The notes: generated by a model from the sequence alone, not told the origin. 61,381 nucleotides of DNA, filler included, from Candidatus Coatesbacteria bacterium (GCA_016927185.1; 3 parts of 3 records of this genome joined end to end with filler, not necessarily neighbours in it); one strand, 5' to 3'; positions 9,286 through 19,857 are shown, counted from the whole stretch's first letter. Program-made: numbers and translations.

Positions 9286-11145
9286 ATGAAAAAGTTTTTA
9301 TCTGGAAATGAAGCAATAGCGAGAGGTGCTTATGAGGCAGGTATTCATTTTGCTACTGCCTATCCTGGAACTCCAAGTACTGAAATTCTAGAAAACATAA
9401 GCAACTACAAAGAAATCAAATGCCAATGGGCAGTTAATGAGAAAACTTCTCTGGAAATAGCTGGTGGTGCAACTTTCGCAGGTGCCAGGGCAATTGTAGC
9501 TATGAAGCATGTTGGACTTAATGTCGCAGCAGATCCTATGTTTTCTTTAGCCTACATTGGAGCATTCGGTGCATTGATAATAGTAACTGCAGACGATCCT
9601 AGTATGCACAGTTCTCAAAATGAACAGGATAATAGATATTACGCAAGATCTGCAAGAATTCCTATGTTTGAACCTTCAGATTCTCAGGAAGCCAAGGATA
9701 TGATTATTGAAGCCGTTAGATTATCTGAGGAGTGGAATTTACCAGTATTGATTAGAATGACCACAAGGGTATGTCATGCAAAAAGCATTGTTGAATTAGG
9801 TGAAAGGACAGAAGTTCCCATAAAAGGTTATACAAAGGATATTTCAAAAAGAATTGTCATACCTGCTCATGCAAAAAAAATTCATGTTGAATTGGAGGAT
9901 AAGCTTTTTGAACTCACTGAGGTTTCAAGCAAAAGTAAATTCAATATAATAGAAGAAGGGAATCCTCATATAGGGGTAATTACTTCTGGAGTTGCCTATC
10001 AATACGCAAAAGAGGTTTTTCAGGAAGCTTCTTTCATGAAAATAGGATTTAGTTATCCTTTACCTATGGATATGATTCTTGATTTCATTATCGGTAAGAA
10101 GTTTATATATATAGTTGAGGAGCTTGAACCAATAATGGAAAACGAGATAAAAGCATTGATAACTGATTTAGCATCTGTATCTGCTCTGAAGTCTTTAGAA
10201 GCATCTGAAACAGAAGATGAATGTGATGAAAATAATCATGAAGAAAGTTGTGAATGTGAAGATTGTTCAGAAGGTTATTTGGATATTCCAATGATTATAG
10301 GTAAATCTCAGATACCTAGATATCATGAATTATCACCTGATAGACTTGCAGAAGCAGTAGGAGAATCTGTTGTTGAAACCAGGGAGCCTTGTGCTGTTCC
10401 AAACAGACCTCCAGTTTTATGCCCTGGATGCCCACATAGAGGTGTTTTTTATGCAATCAAGAAACAAAAACTGATTGCCACGGGGGATATTGGATGTTAC
10501 ACTCTAGGTATGATGCCACCTTTAAATGCTCTGGATACTTGTGTATGCATGGGAGCAAGTATAACAGCAGCTTTTGGAATAGAGAAAGCAATACCTGAAT
10601 TATCAAAGAAAATGGTTGCTGTAATTGGGGATTCCACTTTCTTTCACTCAGGTATGACAGGACTTCTTGATGTTGTATATAATCAGGGACATACAACAGT
10701 ATTGATACTTGATAACAGGATAACAGCAATGACTGGTCATCAGGATAATCCAGGGAGCGGATTTTCTATTAGTGGACAGCCTGCTCCAGAAGTAGATCTT
10801 GAGATGCTTGTCAAATCTTTTGGAGTTAAGTTTGTCAAAACCGTTGATCCCCTTAATTTTGAAGAATGCAATTCAGCTTTGAAAGAAGCGGTTGAACTTG
10901 AAGAACCAGCTGTAATAATAACCAAGAGACCATGTGTTTTACTGAAAAGGTATAAAACAAGATTTGCCCCATTCAAGATTGACAAAGAGAAATGTGTAGG
11001 CTGCCAGGCATGTGTTCAGGTTGGCTGTCCGGCAATCAGTTATCTCCCAAAAGAGAAGAAATCAGAGATAAATATCTCATTATGTGTTGGTTGTGGTTTT
11101 TGCAAACAAATGTGCAAATTTGAAGCTATTGAACAAACTGAATAA
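9286..11145 (+). CDS. iorA: Indolepyruvate ferredoxin oxidoreductase alpha subunit
   Basis: GNEAIARGA, YPGTPSTE, MKHVGLNVAAD, CPGCPHR, GDIGC, GDSTFFH, C-terminal ferredoxin Cys motifs. Confidence 0.95.
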   Translation: MKKFLSGNEAIARGAYEAGIHFATAYPGTPSTEILENISNYKEIKCQWAVNEKTSLEIAGGATFAGARAIVAMKHVGLNVAADPMFSLAYIGAFGALIIVTADDPSMHSSQNEQDNRYYARSARIPMFEPSDSQEAKDMIIEAVRLSEEWNLPVLIRMTTRVCHAKSIVELGERTEVPIKGYTKDISKRIVIPAHAKKIHVELEDKLFELTEVSSKSKFNIIEEGNPHIGVITSGVAYQYAKEVFQEASFMKIGFSYPLPMDMILDFIIGKKFIYIVEELEPIMENEIKALITDLASVSALKSLEASETEDECDENNHEESCECEDCSEGYLDIPMIIGKSQIPRYHELSPDRLAEAVGESVVETREPCAVPNRPPVLCPGCPHRGVFYAIKKQKLIATGDIGCYTLGMMPPLNALDTCVCMGASITAAFGIEKAIPELSKKMVAVIGDSTFFHSGMTGLLDVVYNQGHTTVLILDNRITAMTGHQDNPGSGFSISGQPAPEVDLEMLVKSFGVKFVKTVDPLNFEECNSALKEAVELEEPAVIITKRPCVLLKRYKTRFAPFKIDKEKCVGCQACVQVGCPAISYLPKEKKSEINISLCVGCGFCKQMCKFEAIEQTE

Positions 11146-11175
11146 AAAAAGGTTCCACAATATTATTGTGGAACC
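11144..11175 (-). terminator. Intrinsic terminator between convergent iorA and ABC permease
   Basis: GGTTCCACAA-TATTA-TTGTGGAACC hairpin with adjacent A7 tract (U-tail on minus strand). Confidence 0.8.
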
Positions 11176-11219
11176 CATATTAAAATACAATCAACGATAA
11201 TTATCTAAAAAAAGCTGTT

Positions 11220-11990
11220 TCAGTTTATATCCTTTTTTTCAAAAGCGATTATTGCTATTTGATATAAACAAGCAATATAGACAATTACATACATCATTAC
11301 TTTCAAGTAATATCCATTTGATACTGGAATATCATGTACTACAGCATCGTGAGTGTGGAGGAAAGTGAAATTTGGAATTATCAGAAAGATCCCCTTGAGA
11401 ATATATGATAATACCATTGGTACTTTCTTCAACAAGAAATCCTTGAAAAAATATGAGAAGTTACCTATTACATAAACCATTGTAGCAATAGAGACGTTCA
11501 AGGGAGGTGAAACAAATGAAGAGAAAAGGGATACCCAAACTAATAAAACATAGAATTCAAACAACAATAAAATCAAACTATATAAAAGCGGAAGACTGAA
11601 ATCCTGACCTTTGAAGAATAGCAGAAGATTTATCTCGATAGTCAAAACTAGCCAAATAGTAGTTATGGCAATTGCTGAACCAATCATTCTACCAGTCAAA
11701 TATAAAGATCTGCTAATTGGTTTTGCCAAAATGGGGAAAAGGGTTTTCATTTCTATTTCTCGGGAGAATAATGGAATAACTACCACGAAAGTAGATAATA
11801 TTCCAATTATCTCAATTCCAGAAAGAGACAGATCTTTTATTAATCTGAACTGGACATTCAATTTAAATGGTTGAAAGCTGGATACAACAATCAGGTATAA
11901 CAAGCAAATCAATATTAAAAAATAAGTCAGTTTTCTTCTGATTATTTCTTTGATAGTAAGAGCAATAATTGCCCGCAGTTGTAATAACAT
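11220..11990 (-). CDS. ABC-2 type transporter permease
   Basis: Six TMs, SREIEMKTLFPILAKPISRSLYLTGR motif; ATG 11990 lies 30 nt from TTGACA. Confidence 0.85.
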   Translation of the reverse strand: MLLQLRAIIALTIKEIIRRKLTYFLILICLLYLIVVSSFQPFKLNVQFRLIKDLSLSGIEIIGILSTFVVVIPLFSREIEMKTLFPILAKPISRSLYLTGRMIGSAIAITTIWLVLTIEINLLLFFKGQDFSLPLLYSLILLLFEFYVLLVWVSLFSSFVSPPLNVSIATMVYVIGNFSYFFKDFLLKKVPMVLSYILKGIFLIIPNFTFLHTHDAVVHDIPVSNGYYLKVMMYVIVYIACLYQIAIIAFEKKDIN

Positions 11991-12019
11991 GTTTTCTTGA
12001 AGATAATTAAAGAACATTT

Positions 12020-12075
12020 TGTCAAGGAATTTAATGCATTTATTAAAAAACTGATAGTGATTACTATGCTTGACA
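12020..12075. promoter_or_regulatory. Back-to-back divergent -35 hexamers
   Basis: TTGACA minus 12020-12025 (30 nt to ATG 11990) and plus 12070-12075 (33 nt to ATG 12108). Confidence 0.65.
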
Positions 12076-12107
12076 TATCTATCCTTATTTATAGATAAGA
12101 CCTTCCA

Positions 12108-13748
12108 ATGAATAAAGGCAAAGTTTTATTTATTAATGGTCATCTGCATCATTACGAAAATGATTTCTGCCAGCCTATTGGTCTCCTGTATATTGCTGCT
12201 AATATAAGAAATAGAGGTTTTGAAGTAAAAGTTTGTGATCTGAATTATCAGACACAAGATGAAGTTCTTGAATTAGCAAAAGAATTTTCTCCCAGATGGG
12301 TAGGTCTAAGTGCTATAACAGTCCAGGCATTATCAGCTTATGAAATGGGAAACAGGATAAAGAGAAGCATCCCTGATGCAAAGATAGTCTATGGAGGAGT
12401 TCATCCTACTTTTTTCCCAAAAGAACCTTTCACTGCAGGAAGTGCAGATTATGTTATAGTAGGAGAGGGGGAGAACACTTTTTACAAGCTTATAGCAGAT
12501 GATGATGTTAAGGAAATAAGAGGAATACTGTATAAACAGGATGGAACTATAAAAGAGAATAATGGTGAAGATAGGGTGCAAGACCTGGATACTCTTCCTT
12601 TTCCTGCATTTGATTTAGTTGAACTTAGAAAATATTCAACACAGTTACATGTCTACCCATGGGCTAGTCACCATGCAGTTGATACAATGACCAGCAGGGG
12701 ATGCCCATATGATTGTTCCTATTGTGCTTCTCCTCAGCTATATAAGAGAAGGATTAGGTTTCGATCTGCTGAAAATGTAATTGAGGAAATCAAGTGGATT
12801 AAGAAAATATCAGGAATCAATCAAATCCACTTTCATGATGATAATCTTTTTTTAGATAAAAAAAGAGCACTGAATATTTTTGAAATGATGCTGAAAAGTA
12901 ATATTGATATAAAATGGGTAGCTCTTGCAAATGGAAGTACTCTTACCAATTACTTGAACGATTTTGATATAATCGCAAGATCAGGTTGCGTAGGTTTGGA
13001 AATAGGATTGGAAACTGGTGATGAAGATGTTCTAAGAGCAGTTCAGAAGAAGGAGGAAATTGACGATTTATTCAAGGTGAATGAACAGATTCATAAGTAT
13101 AATATAGTACCTATGTATCTTACAATGACCTTCAATGTAGGAGAAACGCTGAACAGTCCATATAAGACTGCGAAAATATTAAAAGAATTGTTACCTAATC
13201 CTGACCTTAATATAGTGAGTTTATATAAGAATACTCATGAACCATATTGTTTTGGACAGTTTGCTACTCCAAATCCCGGTTCAAAATTTTTTGAACAGGC
13301 ACCTGATTTGGGAATAGTATTGAATAAGACATGGAATGACTATTTTCAAGGCAAGTCTTCATTCATACCGAATTCTTTTCTTGATGATATTCCAGCTAAA
13401 ATAAAGAGGATTTCCATGAAGGCTCTTGAGGAATACAGAGGTCAAATTCACAGATATTTGTATCCCGATTCTCCAATAGGTAAATGGGGATGGACATGGC
13501 TTACTACGCGATATCCATATTTGGAAAAAAGATTTCTTGATTTCTTTCATGAAAGATGCGTTGATGACTATTTCTTGTTTTTATACAGAATATATAAATT
13601 ATGTGATGAAAAGAGGACTGTAAAAGAGATATCAGCAATAATTTTGCAGAAATATAAAGAAAGAGATATATCTACTGTATGCCTGGGATTTGTTCATCTT
13701 TCAATGTTTGGTTTCATAGGTTCTTCAAAAACGACAGGTTCTTTGTAA
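12108..13748 (+). CDS. Cobalamin-binding radical SAM protein
   Basis: PIGLLYIAA, GGVHPT, GEGE (B12 domain); TSRGCPYDCSYC. Confidence 0.92.
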   Translation: MNKGKVLFINGHLHHYENDFCQPIGLLYIAANIRNRGFEVKVCDLNYQTQDEVLELAKEFSPRWVGLSAITVQALSAYEMGNRIKRSIPDAKIVYGGVHPTFFPKEPFTAGSADYVIVGEGENTFYKLIADDDVKEIRGILYKQDGTIKENNGEDRVQDLDTLPFPAFDLVELRKYSTQLHVYPWASHHAVDTMTSRGCPYDCSYCASPQLYKRRIRFRSAENVIEEIKWIKKISGINQIHFHDDNLFLDKKRALNIFEMMLKSNIDIKWVALANGSTLTNYLNDFDIIARSGCVGLEIGLETGDEDVLRAVQKKEEIDDLFKVNEQIHKYNIVPMYLTMTFNVGETLNSPYKTAKILKELLPNPDLNIVSLYKNTHEPYCFGQFATPNPGSKFFEQAPDLGIVLNKTWNDYFQGKSSFIPNSFLDDIPAKIKRISMKALEEYRGQIHRYLYPDSPIGKWGWTWLTTRYPYLEKRFLDFFHERCVDDYFLFLYRIYKLCDEKRTVKEISAIILQKYKERDISTVCLGFVHLSMFGFIGSSKTTGSL

Positions 13749-13752
13749 ATTT

Positions 13753-14976
13753 ATGAAAATAGCAGTAAAAGCAGAGGGCATAAAAGAGACTTACAGGTTG
13801 CATCAATATAAGGCAGGATCTTTGAAATCAAAAGTAATCTCCTTTTTTGAAAAACCTCTTGATCCTTATTTTGAAAAATTCACTGCCCTGGATAATGTAA
13901 GTTTTGAGATATTGAAAGGAGAAACGGTTGGTATAATAGGTTCTAATGGATCTGGAAAATCAACTTTACTTAAGATCATCTCTGGCATTCTTAAACCAGA
14001 TGAGGGAAGAATTCTTATTGATGGAAGGACTTCGGCTTTACTTGAACTAGGAGCCGGTTTCCATCCTGATTTAACAGGGATAGAGAACATATTCTTGAAT
14101 GCCAGTATCCTGGGATTATCTAGAAGCGAAATAAAGCAGATAATAGACAGAATTATTGATTTTGCTGAGATAAGAAAGTTCATTGATATGCCAGTAAAAA
14201 CTTATTCTTCTGGTATGTATATGCGCCTTGGTTTTTCTATTGCAGTTAATGTGAATCCAGAGATACTTCTTATAGATGAAGTTTTATCAGTTGGAGATTT
14301 GCAGTTTCAGAAGAAGTGTTTTGACAGGATCATGGAAATAAAAGGTCAGAAAAAGACTATTATTCTGGTTTCTCATCATATGGATATGGTAGAAAACTTA
14401 TGTGAGAGAGTTATTTGGCTTGATCAGGGAAAAATTAAGAAAGATGGTCCATGTAGAAAAGTCATGAGAGAGTATCAAAATAGTATCTTCAGACCAGAAT
14501 TCCTGGGTTTCGATGATGATCTTAATGATAATCAACAGGTTGGCAAAGGGCGTTTTGGAACTAAGGAAGTCGTTATAAGGGGAGTGAGATTTCTTGACAA
14601 AGATAGAAATGAAAAGAAATGCTTTGAAACTGGTGAGAGTCTCATAATGCAAATGAAATACTATGCGAAGATTCCAATAGAAGATGCAGTTTTTGGTTTC
14701 AGTATTTTCAGGAATGATTATTTCTATGTATATGGCATAAATACCAAATGGGATTCAGTGAAGACCGGAAGGATTGAGAAAGAAGGTTTTATTGAACTTA
14801 TTCTTGATCCATTATTGCTTCTCCCTGGAGAGTATCTAATTACTGCAGATATTTTCAGATCTGATGCAACTTTTGCTTATGATTTTCATTCTTTAGCATA
14901 CAGGTTTGAAGTCACTTCTGACAAACCAGATCATGGGGTTGCCATTCAGCCTCATTTCTGGAATATCGTGAAATAG
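13753..14976 (+). CDS. wzt: Polysaccharide ABC exporter ATPase with C-terminal Wzt_C domain
   Basis: GSNGSGKST, YSSGMYMRLGF, DEVLSVGD, C-terminal extension with LLPGEY. Confidence 0.9.
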   Translation: MKIAVKAEGIKETYRLHQYKAGSLKSKVISFFEKPLDPYFEKFTALDNVSFEILKGETVGIIGSNGSGKSTLLKIISGILKPDEGRILIDGRTSALLELGAGFHPDLTGIENIFLNASILGLSRSEIKQIIDRIIDFAEIRKFIDMPVKTYSSGMYMRLGFSIAVNVNPEILLIDEVLSVGDLQFQKKCFDRIMEIKGQKKTIILVSHHMDMVENLCERVIWLDQGKIKKDGPCRKVMREYQNSIFRPEFLGFDDDLNDNQQVGKGRFGTKEVVIRGVRFLDKDRNEKKCFETGESLIMQMKYYAKIPIEDAVFGFSIFRNDYFYVYGINTKWDSVKTGRIEKEGFIELILDPLLLLPGEYLITADIFRSDATFAYDFHSLAYRFEVTSDKPDHGVAIQPHFWNIVK

Positions 14977-15084
14977 TGTTTTGAATGAATTTGCTTAGTA
15001 ATCCTATCTTCATATTTTAGTCAGTATTACAGAACTACAATTTTTTTTGTGCTTTCAGTTAAAAAGGGATTTTTAATCTCATGC

Positions 15085-15090
15085 TTGACA
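15085..15090 (+). promoter_or_regulatory. -35 hexamer, 30 nt before the purD ATG
   Basis: CTTGACA, no SD. Confidence 0.65.
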
Positions 15091-15119
15091 AAACATTCAC
15101 AGATTAACTTGTTAACATC

Positions 15120-16838
15120 ATGAGGATATTAATAATTGGTAACGGAGCAAGAGAGTATTCTCTTGGATATTTCATTAAAAAGAACAATAATGATTGTGAG
15201 ATTTTCTTTTGTCCAGGCAATGGAGGAACAGAAAGTTTGGGGAAAAATCTTGATATAGTCAGCTATAATGAAATTGTTGAATGGGCTAAAGAAAACAGGA
15301 TTGATTTATCTATAGTTGGCTCAGAGTCTTATCTTGCAGATGGTATTGTAGATCTTTTCAAAAAGCATAGCATGCTTGTATTAGGTCCTACGCAGAAAGC
15401 AGCAAAACTTGAATCTAGTAAAATCTATTCAAAGGAGTTCATGAAAAGACATAGAATTCCAACATCTCCTTTCAAGGTATTCAGTGATCTAAAAAAATCC
15501 ATTTCATATCTGGCAAAATGCAAATTTCCTCTTGTAATAAAAGCAGATGGTCTTGCTGCAGGTAAGGGAGCATTTATAATAAAGGATATTGCTCATGGAT
15601 TATCAGTTTTAAATGATCTTCTATCAGAAAAGAAGCTTGGAGACTCTGGAGTAAAGATTGTTATTGAAGACTATCTTGAAGGAGAAGAAGTTTCAATCCT
15701 TGTTTTATGCAATTCGAAAAGCTATGTTACGCTTCTTCCATCGCAGGATCATAAGCAGGCAAAAGAAGGAGATCTTGGATTAAATACTGGTGGAATGGGT
15801 GCATATGCACCATATCCTCTTTCAGATAATGAAATGCTTTTTATCAAGGAAAGAATAATAGAACCTACATTAAATGGAATGAGGGAAGAAGGTTCGGATT
15901 TTAGTGGAGTATTGTATTGTGGTTTGATGCTTACTTCTAGTGGGATCAAGGTGATAGAATATAATGTAAGGTTCGGAGATCCTGAAATTCAGGTAATTTT
16001 ACCATTACTTGAGAGTAATTTGCTCGATTTATTATATAGAACAGCTACAGACAAAGAATTACCTAATGAACTTAAATGGAAAGACAAGAAAAGCCTGGGA
16101 ATAGTTATTGCATCGAATGGTTATCCAGACGAGTACAAGAAGAACATTATACTACCAGAACTGAATGAGATTGAAGATGGATATTGGGTTCATGCTGGAA
16201 CCAGAAAAGCAGGTAATGCTTTTGTATCTAATGGCGGTAGAGTAATTAACAGGGTTGTCTGGAAGGATAGTTTTTCTGAAGCAAGAGATGTTATTTTATC
16301 TGATTTAAGAGAAGAAGGATGGGAAAGATTTTTTCATAGAAGGGATATAGGTTACAGAGTACTGAGGAAAGAAGGTAATCCAATTTTGATTGCAATAATT
16401 GCAGGCAGTAAATCAGATCATAAGAAACTGGATGACCTTTTCAAGGTTCTAAACCACTTTAAGCAATCCTATATTTTCAGGACTATTTCAGCTCATAGAC
16501 AACCAGATCAACTTGGGGAATTCCTGGTAGCATGTGAAAAACTTGATGTAAAGGTTTTAATTGCTGCTGCAGGATTGGCTGCTCATTTACCAGGAGTAAT
16601 TGCCAGCAAGACACTGAAACCTGTAATTGGTGTTCCACTTGAAGCTGGTTCCTTAAGCGGAGTAGACGCACTTCATTCTATATGTCAAATGCCTCCTGGA
16701 GTTCCTGTAGCAACAGTCGGCATTGACAATGTTCGAAATGCCGCTTTCCTGGCATTACAAATATTGGCTCTTGATGATAATGTCTTGAAGGAAAATCTTA
16801 TCAATTATAGACAAAAATGGAAGGAGCAGAATGCTTAA
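15120..16838 (+). CDS. purD: Fused phosphoribosylamine-glycine ligase / N5-CAIR mutase (PurD-PurE)
   Basis: GNGARE, KADGLAAGKG, NTGGMGAY, RFGDPE followed in frame by GSKSD, SAHR, AAHLPG, QMPPGVPVATV. Confidence 0.93.
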   Translation: MRILIIGNGAREYSLGYFIKKNNNDCEIFFCPGNGGTESLGKNLDIVSYNEIVEWAKENRIDLSIVGSESYLADGIVDLFKKHSMLVLGPTQKAAKLESSKIYSKEFMKRHRIPTSPFKVFSDLKKSISYLAKCKFPLVIKADGLAAGKGAFIIKDIAHGLSVLNDLLSEKKLGDSGVKIVIEDYLEGEEVSILVLCNSKSYVTLLPSQDHKQAKEGDLGLNTGGMGAYAPYPLSDNEMLFIKERIIEPTLNGMREEGSDFSGVLYCGLMLTSSGIKVIEYNVRFGDPEIQVILPLLESNLLDLLYRTATDKELPNELKWKDKKSLGIVIASNGYPDEYKKNIILPELNEIEDGYWVHAGTRKAGNAFVSNGGRVINRVVWKDSFSEARDVILSDLREEGWERFFHRRDIGYRVLRKEGNPILIAIIAGSKSDHKKLDDLFKVLNHFKQSYIFRTISAHRQPDQLGEFLVACEKLDVKVLIAAAGLAAHLPGVIASKTLKPVIGVPLEAGSLSGVDALHSICQMPPGVPVATVGIDNVRNAAFLALQILALDDNVLKENLINYRQKWKEQNA

Positions 16839-17838
16839 TATAGGAGTAATTGGAGTCGGTTACTGGGGACCAAATATTATAAGGAATTTCACAGCTTTAC
16901 CAGATTCTAATGTGGTTTTATGCGCAGATGTCAGGAAAGAAAGACTCGATTTTATAACTTCATTATACCCAAAAATTGAGGTGACAACCTGTGAGGAAGA
17001 TGTTATTAAAGACAAAAGAATAGATGCAGTTGCAATTGTAACACCAGTATCAACTCATTTCAAATTAGCAAAAGAGAGTATAGAAAATGGAAAGCATTTG
17101 TTATTGGAGAAACCAATGTGTGGAACAATTGATGAGTGCAAAGAACTTGTGGATTTAGCTTACAAGAAGAATAAGATAATAATGGTTGATCATACTTTTA
17201 TATATCATCCTGCTATAAAGAAATGCAAGGAACTTATAGAGATAGGTGAACTAGGAGACAAATTGTTTTATTTCGATAGTGTCAGGATAAATTTAGGTCT
17301 GTTTCAGCATGATATAAACGTGATTTGGGATCTTGCTCCTCATGATCTGTCAATAATGGATTATTTGATAAATGAGAAACCAGTAGCGGTTTCTGCTTGC
17401 GGGGCAGCACATTTTAGACTGCCTGTAGAAGATGTTGCTTATATAACTGTAAAATTTGAAAGTCAACTGATTGCTCATTTTCAAGTAAGCTGGCTTGCTC
17501 CTGTTAAAATAAGAAGAACAGTTATTAGCGGTTCAAGCAAGATGCTAGTATATGATGATATGGATCCGAGTGAGAAGATAAAGATTTATGACAAAGGAAT
17601 AACAGTTAATGAATCAATTTATGAAACATTGATAAGCTATAGAACTGGAGATATGTGGGCTCCAAAAATCTCTACAAAGGAAGCATTAAGAGATGAATGT
17701 GAGCATTTTCTTGATTGTGTTATGCATAACAAGAAACCTATTACGGATGCAGAGAATGGATTAAGGATTGTCAGATTGTTAGGTGCAGCAGATGAATCCA
17801 TAAAATCAAATGGATGCTGGGTATCATGCAAGGAGTAA
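16831..17838 (+). CDS. Gfo/Idh/MocA oxidoreductase (WbpB/WlbA-like)
   Basis: GVGYWG, EKPM, WDLAPHD. Confidence 0.88.
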   Translation: MLNIGVIGVGYWGPNIIRNFTALPDSNVVLCADVRKERLDFITSLYPKIEVTTCEEDVIKDKRIDAVAIVTPVSTHFKLAKESIENGKHLLLEKPMCGTIDECKELVDLAYKKNKIIMVDHTFIYHPAIKKCKELIEIGELGDKLFYFDSVRINLGLFQHDINVIWDLAPHDLSIMDYLINEKPVAVSACGAAHFRLPVEDVAYITVKFESQLIAHFQVSWLAPVKIRRTVISGSSKMLVYDDMDPSEKIKIYDKGITVNESIYETLISYRTGDMWAPKISTKEALRDECEHFLDCVMHNKKPITDAENGLRIVRLLGAADESIKSNGCWVSCKE

Positions 17839-17839
17839 T

Positions 17840-18799
17840 ATGCATGTTTTAATTACTGGTGGAGCAGGTTTTATAGGTTCTCATTTAGCAGAGAGCTTAT
17901 TAGATAGAGGCTATAAGGTAACAATAATAGATAATCTATCGACTGGTTCATTCTCGAATATAAGGGGAATAGAGAATAATCCCAATCTCAAAATTCTTAT
18001 TGATACTGTAACAAATGAGATGCTAATAGAGAAAATAATAAATGAATGTGATTTGATTTACCATCTAGCTGCAGCTGTTGGAGTAAAACTGGTTATGGAA
18101 CAACCAATCTTCTCTCTGGAAAATAATATTTTAGGTACGGAAATCATTCTAAGATTAGCAGCAAGATATAGAAAAAAGGTTTTCATAGTATCTTCTTCTG
18201 AGGTTTATGGAAAAAGCAGTCAAGATAGTTTCAAGGAAAGTGATGATCTTGTAATTGGAGCAACGATTTTCAAGAGATGGGCATATGCAGCCAGCAAGGC
18301 AATAGACGAATTCATGGCTATGGCATATTATCATGAACAAAACACTCCAGTAATAATAGTCAGGTTGTTTAATACGGTTGGACCAAGACAGACAGGAAGA
18401 TATGGGATGGTTATTCCCAGGTTTATTGATCAGGCATATAAGAATGAGGATATAACTGTTTATGGAGATGGCAAGCAGAGCAGGTGTTTTACTTATGTTG
18501 AAGATGTTACTAAATCTTTGATTTCCTTGTCTGAAAAAAATGAAGCAATTGGCAATGTTATTAATATAGGAAGTGACGAGGAAGTATCTATACTAGACTT
18601 AGCAAACAGGATAATAAGAATGCTTGATAGCAGATCTAGTATAAGATTTATTCCTTACAATGAAGTATATGGTCAGGGATTTGAGGATATGCATCGTAGG
18701 AAACCAGATACATCATTACTAAGGAGCTTGATAGATTTCAATGATCTTGTTTCTCTTGATAATATTCTGAAAATAATAATCAAGAGCAAGGGTTTTTAG
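17840..18799 (+). CDS. NAD-dependent nucleotide-sugar epimerase/dehydratase
   Basis: TGGAGFIG, SSSEVYG, YAASK, RLFNTVGPRQ; AAGGAG SD before 17840. Confidence 0.9.
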   Translation: MHVLITGGAGFIGSHLAESLLDRGYKVTIIDNLSTGSFSNIRGIENNPNLKILIDTVTNEMLIEKIINECDLIYHLAAAVGVKLVMEQPIFSLENNILGTEIILRLAARYRKKVFIVSSSEVYGKSSQDSFKESDDLVIGATIFKRWAYAASKAIDEFMAMAYYHEQNTPVIIVRLFNTVGPRQTGRYGMVIPRFIDQAYKNEDITVYGDGKQSRCFTYVEDVTKSLISLSEKNEAIGNVINIGSDEEVSILDLANRIIRMLDSRSSIRFIPYNEVYGQGFEDMHRRKPDTSLLRSLIDFNDLVSLDNILKIIIKSKGF

Positions 18800-19848
18800 T
18801 GAAGATTTTCAGTATTATCGGAGCAAGACCTCAATTTATAAAATCTGCCTTATTATCGCAGGCAATCAGAGAATTTCACAAGGAATTCTTACTCCATACA
18901 GGACAGCATTATGATTTTAATATGTCAGGATTGTTTTTCAAGGAACTTGGAATTCCTGAACCTGATATAAACCTGAATGTCGGATCAGGATATCATGGTG
19001 AGCAAACAGCTCAGATGATAATTGGAATTGAGAGATATCTACTTAAAGAAAAACCGGATCTGGTTTTGATATATGGTGATACCAATTCCACCCTTGCAGG
19101 TGCTATTGCTTCAGCAAAATTGATGATTCCGGTAGCACATGTTGAAGCAGGATTAAGATCTTATAACAGGAAAATGCCAGAGGAGATAAACAGAATAGTT
19201 GCTGATTGTTTTTCCACATTCTGTTTTTGTCCTTGTGAAAACGCTGCAAGAAATCTCGAAAAGGAAGGAATTAAAGAGGGAATATATATTGTTGGAGATG
19301 TAATGTTTGATCTTCTTAAGAAATGGGAAGAAGGAAAATTCAGTTACAGGCTGGATAATAAATGGGCTGAAGAATACTGGCTTATGACATTCCATAGAGC
19401 AGAAAATACTGTCGATCCCGAACCAATCAAGATGATTTTCAATGCAATTTATAAAGCGAAGATTGATGTTTATTTTCCAGCTCATCCGAGGACCAGGAAA
19501 TTCCTTAATGACTTCTCAATATTGATACCATCAAATCTTCATTTAATTGATCCGCTTGGTTATCCAGAAACCATGTCAAGGCTTAAAGATTCAAAAGGTC
19601 TGATAACAGATAGTGGAGGTTTACAAAAGGAAGCATATTGGTTGAGTAAACCTTGTATTACTCTCAGGGAACAGACTGAGTGGATTGAAACTGTTGAGGA
19701 AAAAGCTAACAAGGTAGTAGGTTTAGATGCGGATTTACTTTTCAATGAGATGACAACAGACTGGTTTAACAAGAAAGCCAACAGGAATTTGTATGGTGAT
19801 GGTGAATCATGCAAGAAGATAGTGGAAATAATTAATCATGGAAATTAA
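18799..19848 (+). CDS. wecB: UDP-N-acetylglucosamine 2-epimerase (WecB/WbpI-like)
   Basis: GARPQFIK, HTGQHYD, HVEAGLRS, TDSGGLQKEA. Confidence 0.93.
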   Translation: MKIFSIIGARPQFIKSALLSQAIREFHKEFLLHTGQHYDFNMSGLFFKELGIPEPDINLNVGSGYHGEQTAQMIIGIERYLLKEKPDLVLIYGDTNSTLAGAIASAKLMIPVAHVEAGLRSYNRKMPEEINRIVADCFSTFCFCPCENAARNLEKEGIKEGIYIVGDVMFDLLKKWEEGKFSYRLDNKWAEEYWLMTFHRAENTVDPEPIKMIFNAIYKAKIDVYFPAHPRTRKFLNDFSILIPSNLHLIDPLGYPETMSRLKDSKGLITDSGGLQKEAYWLSKPCITLREQTEWIETVEEKANKVVGLDADLLFNEMTTDWFNKKANRNLYGDGESCKKIVEIINHGN

Positions 19849-19857
19849 GGAGAAACA

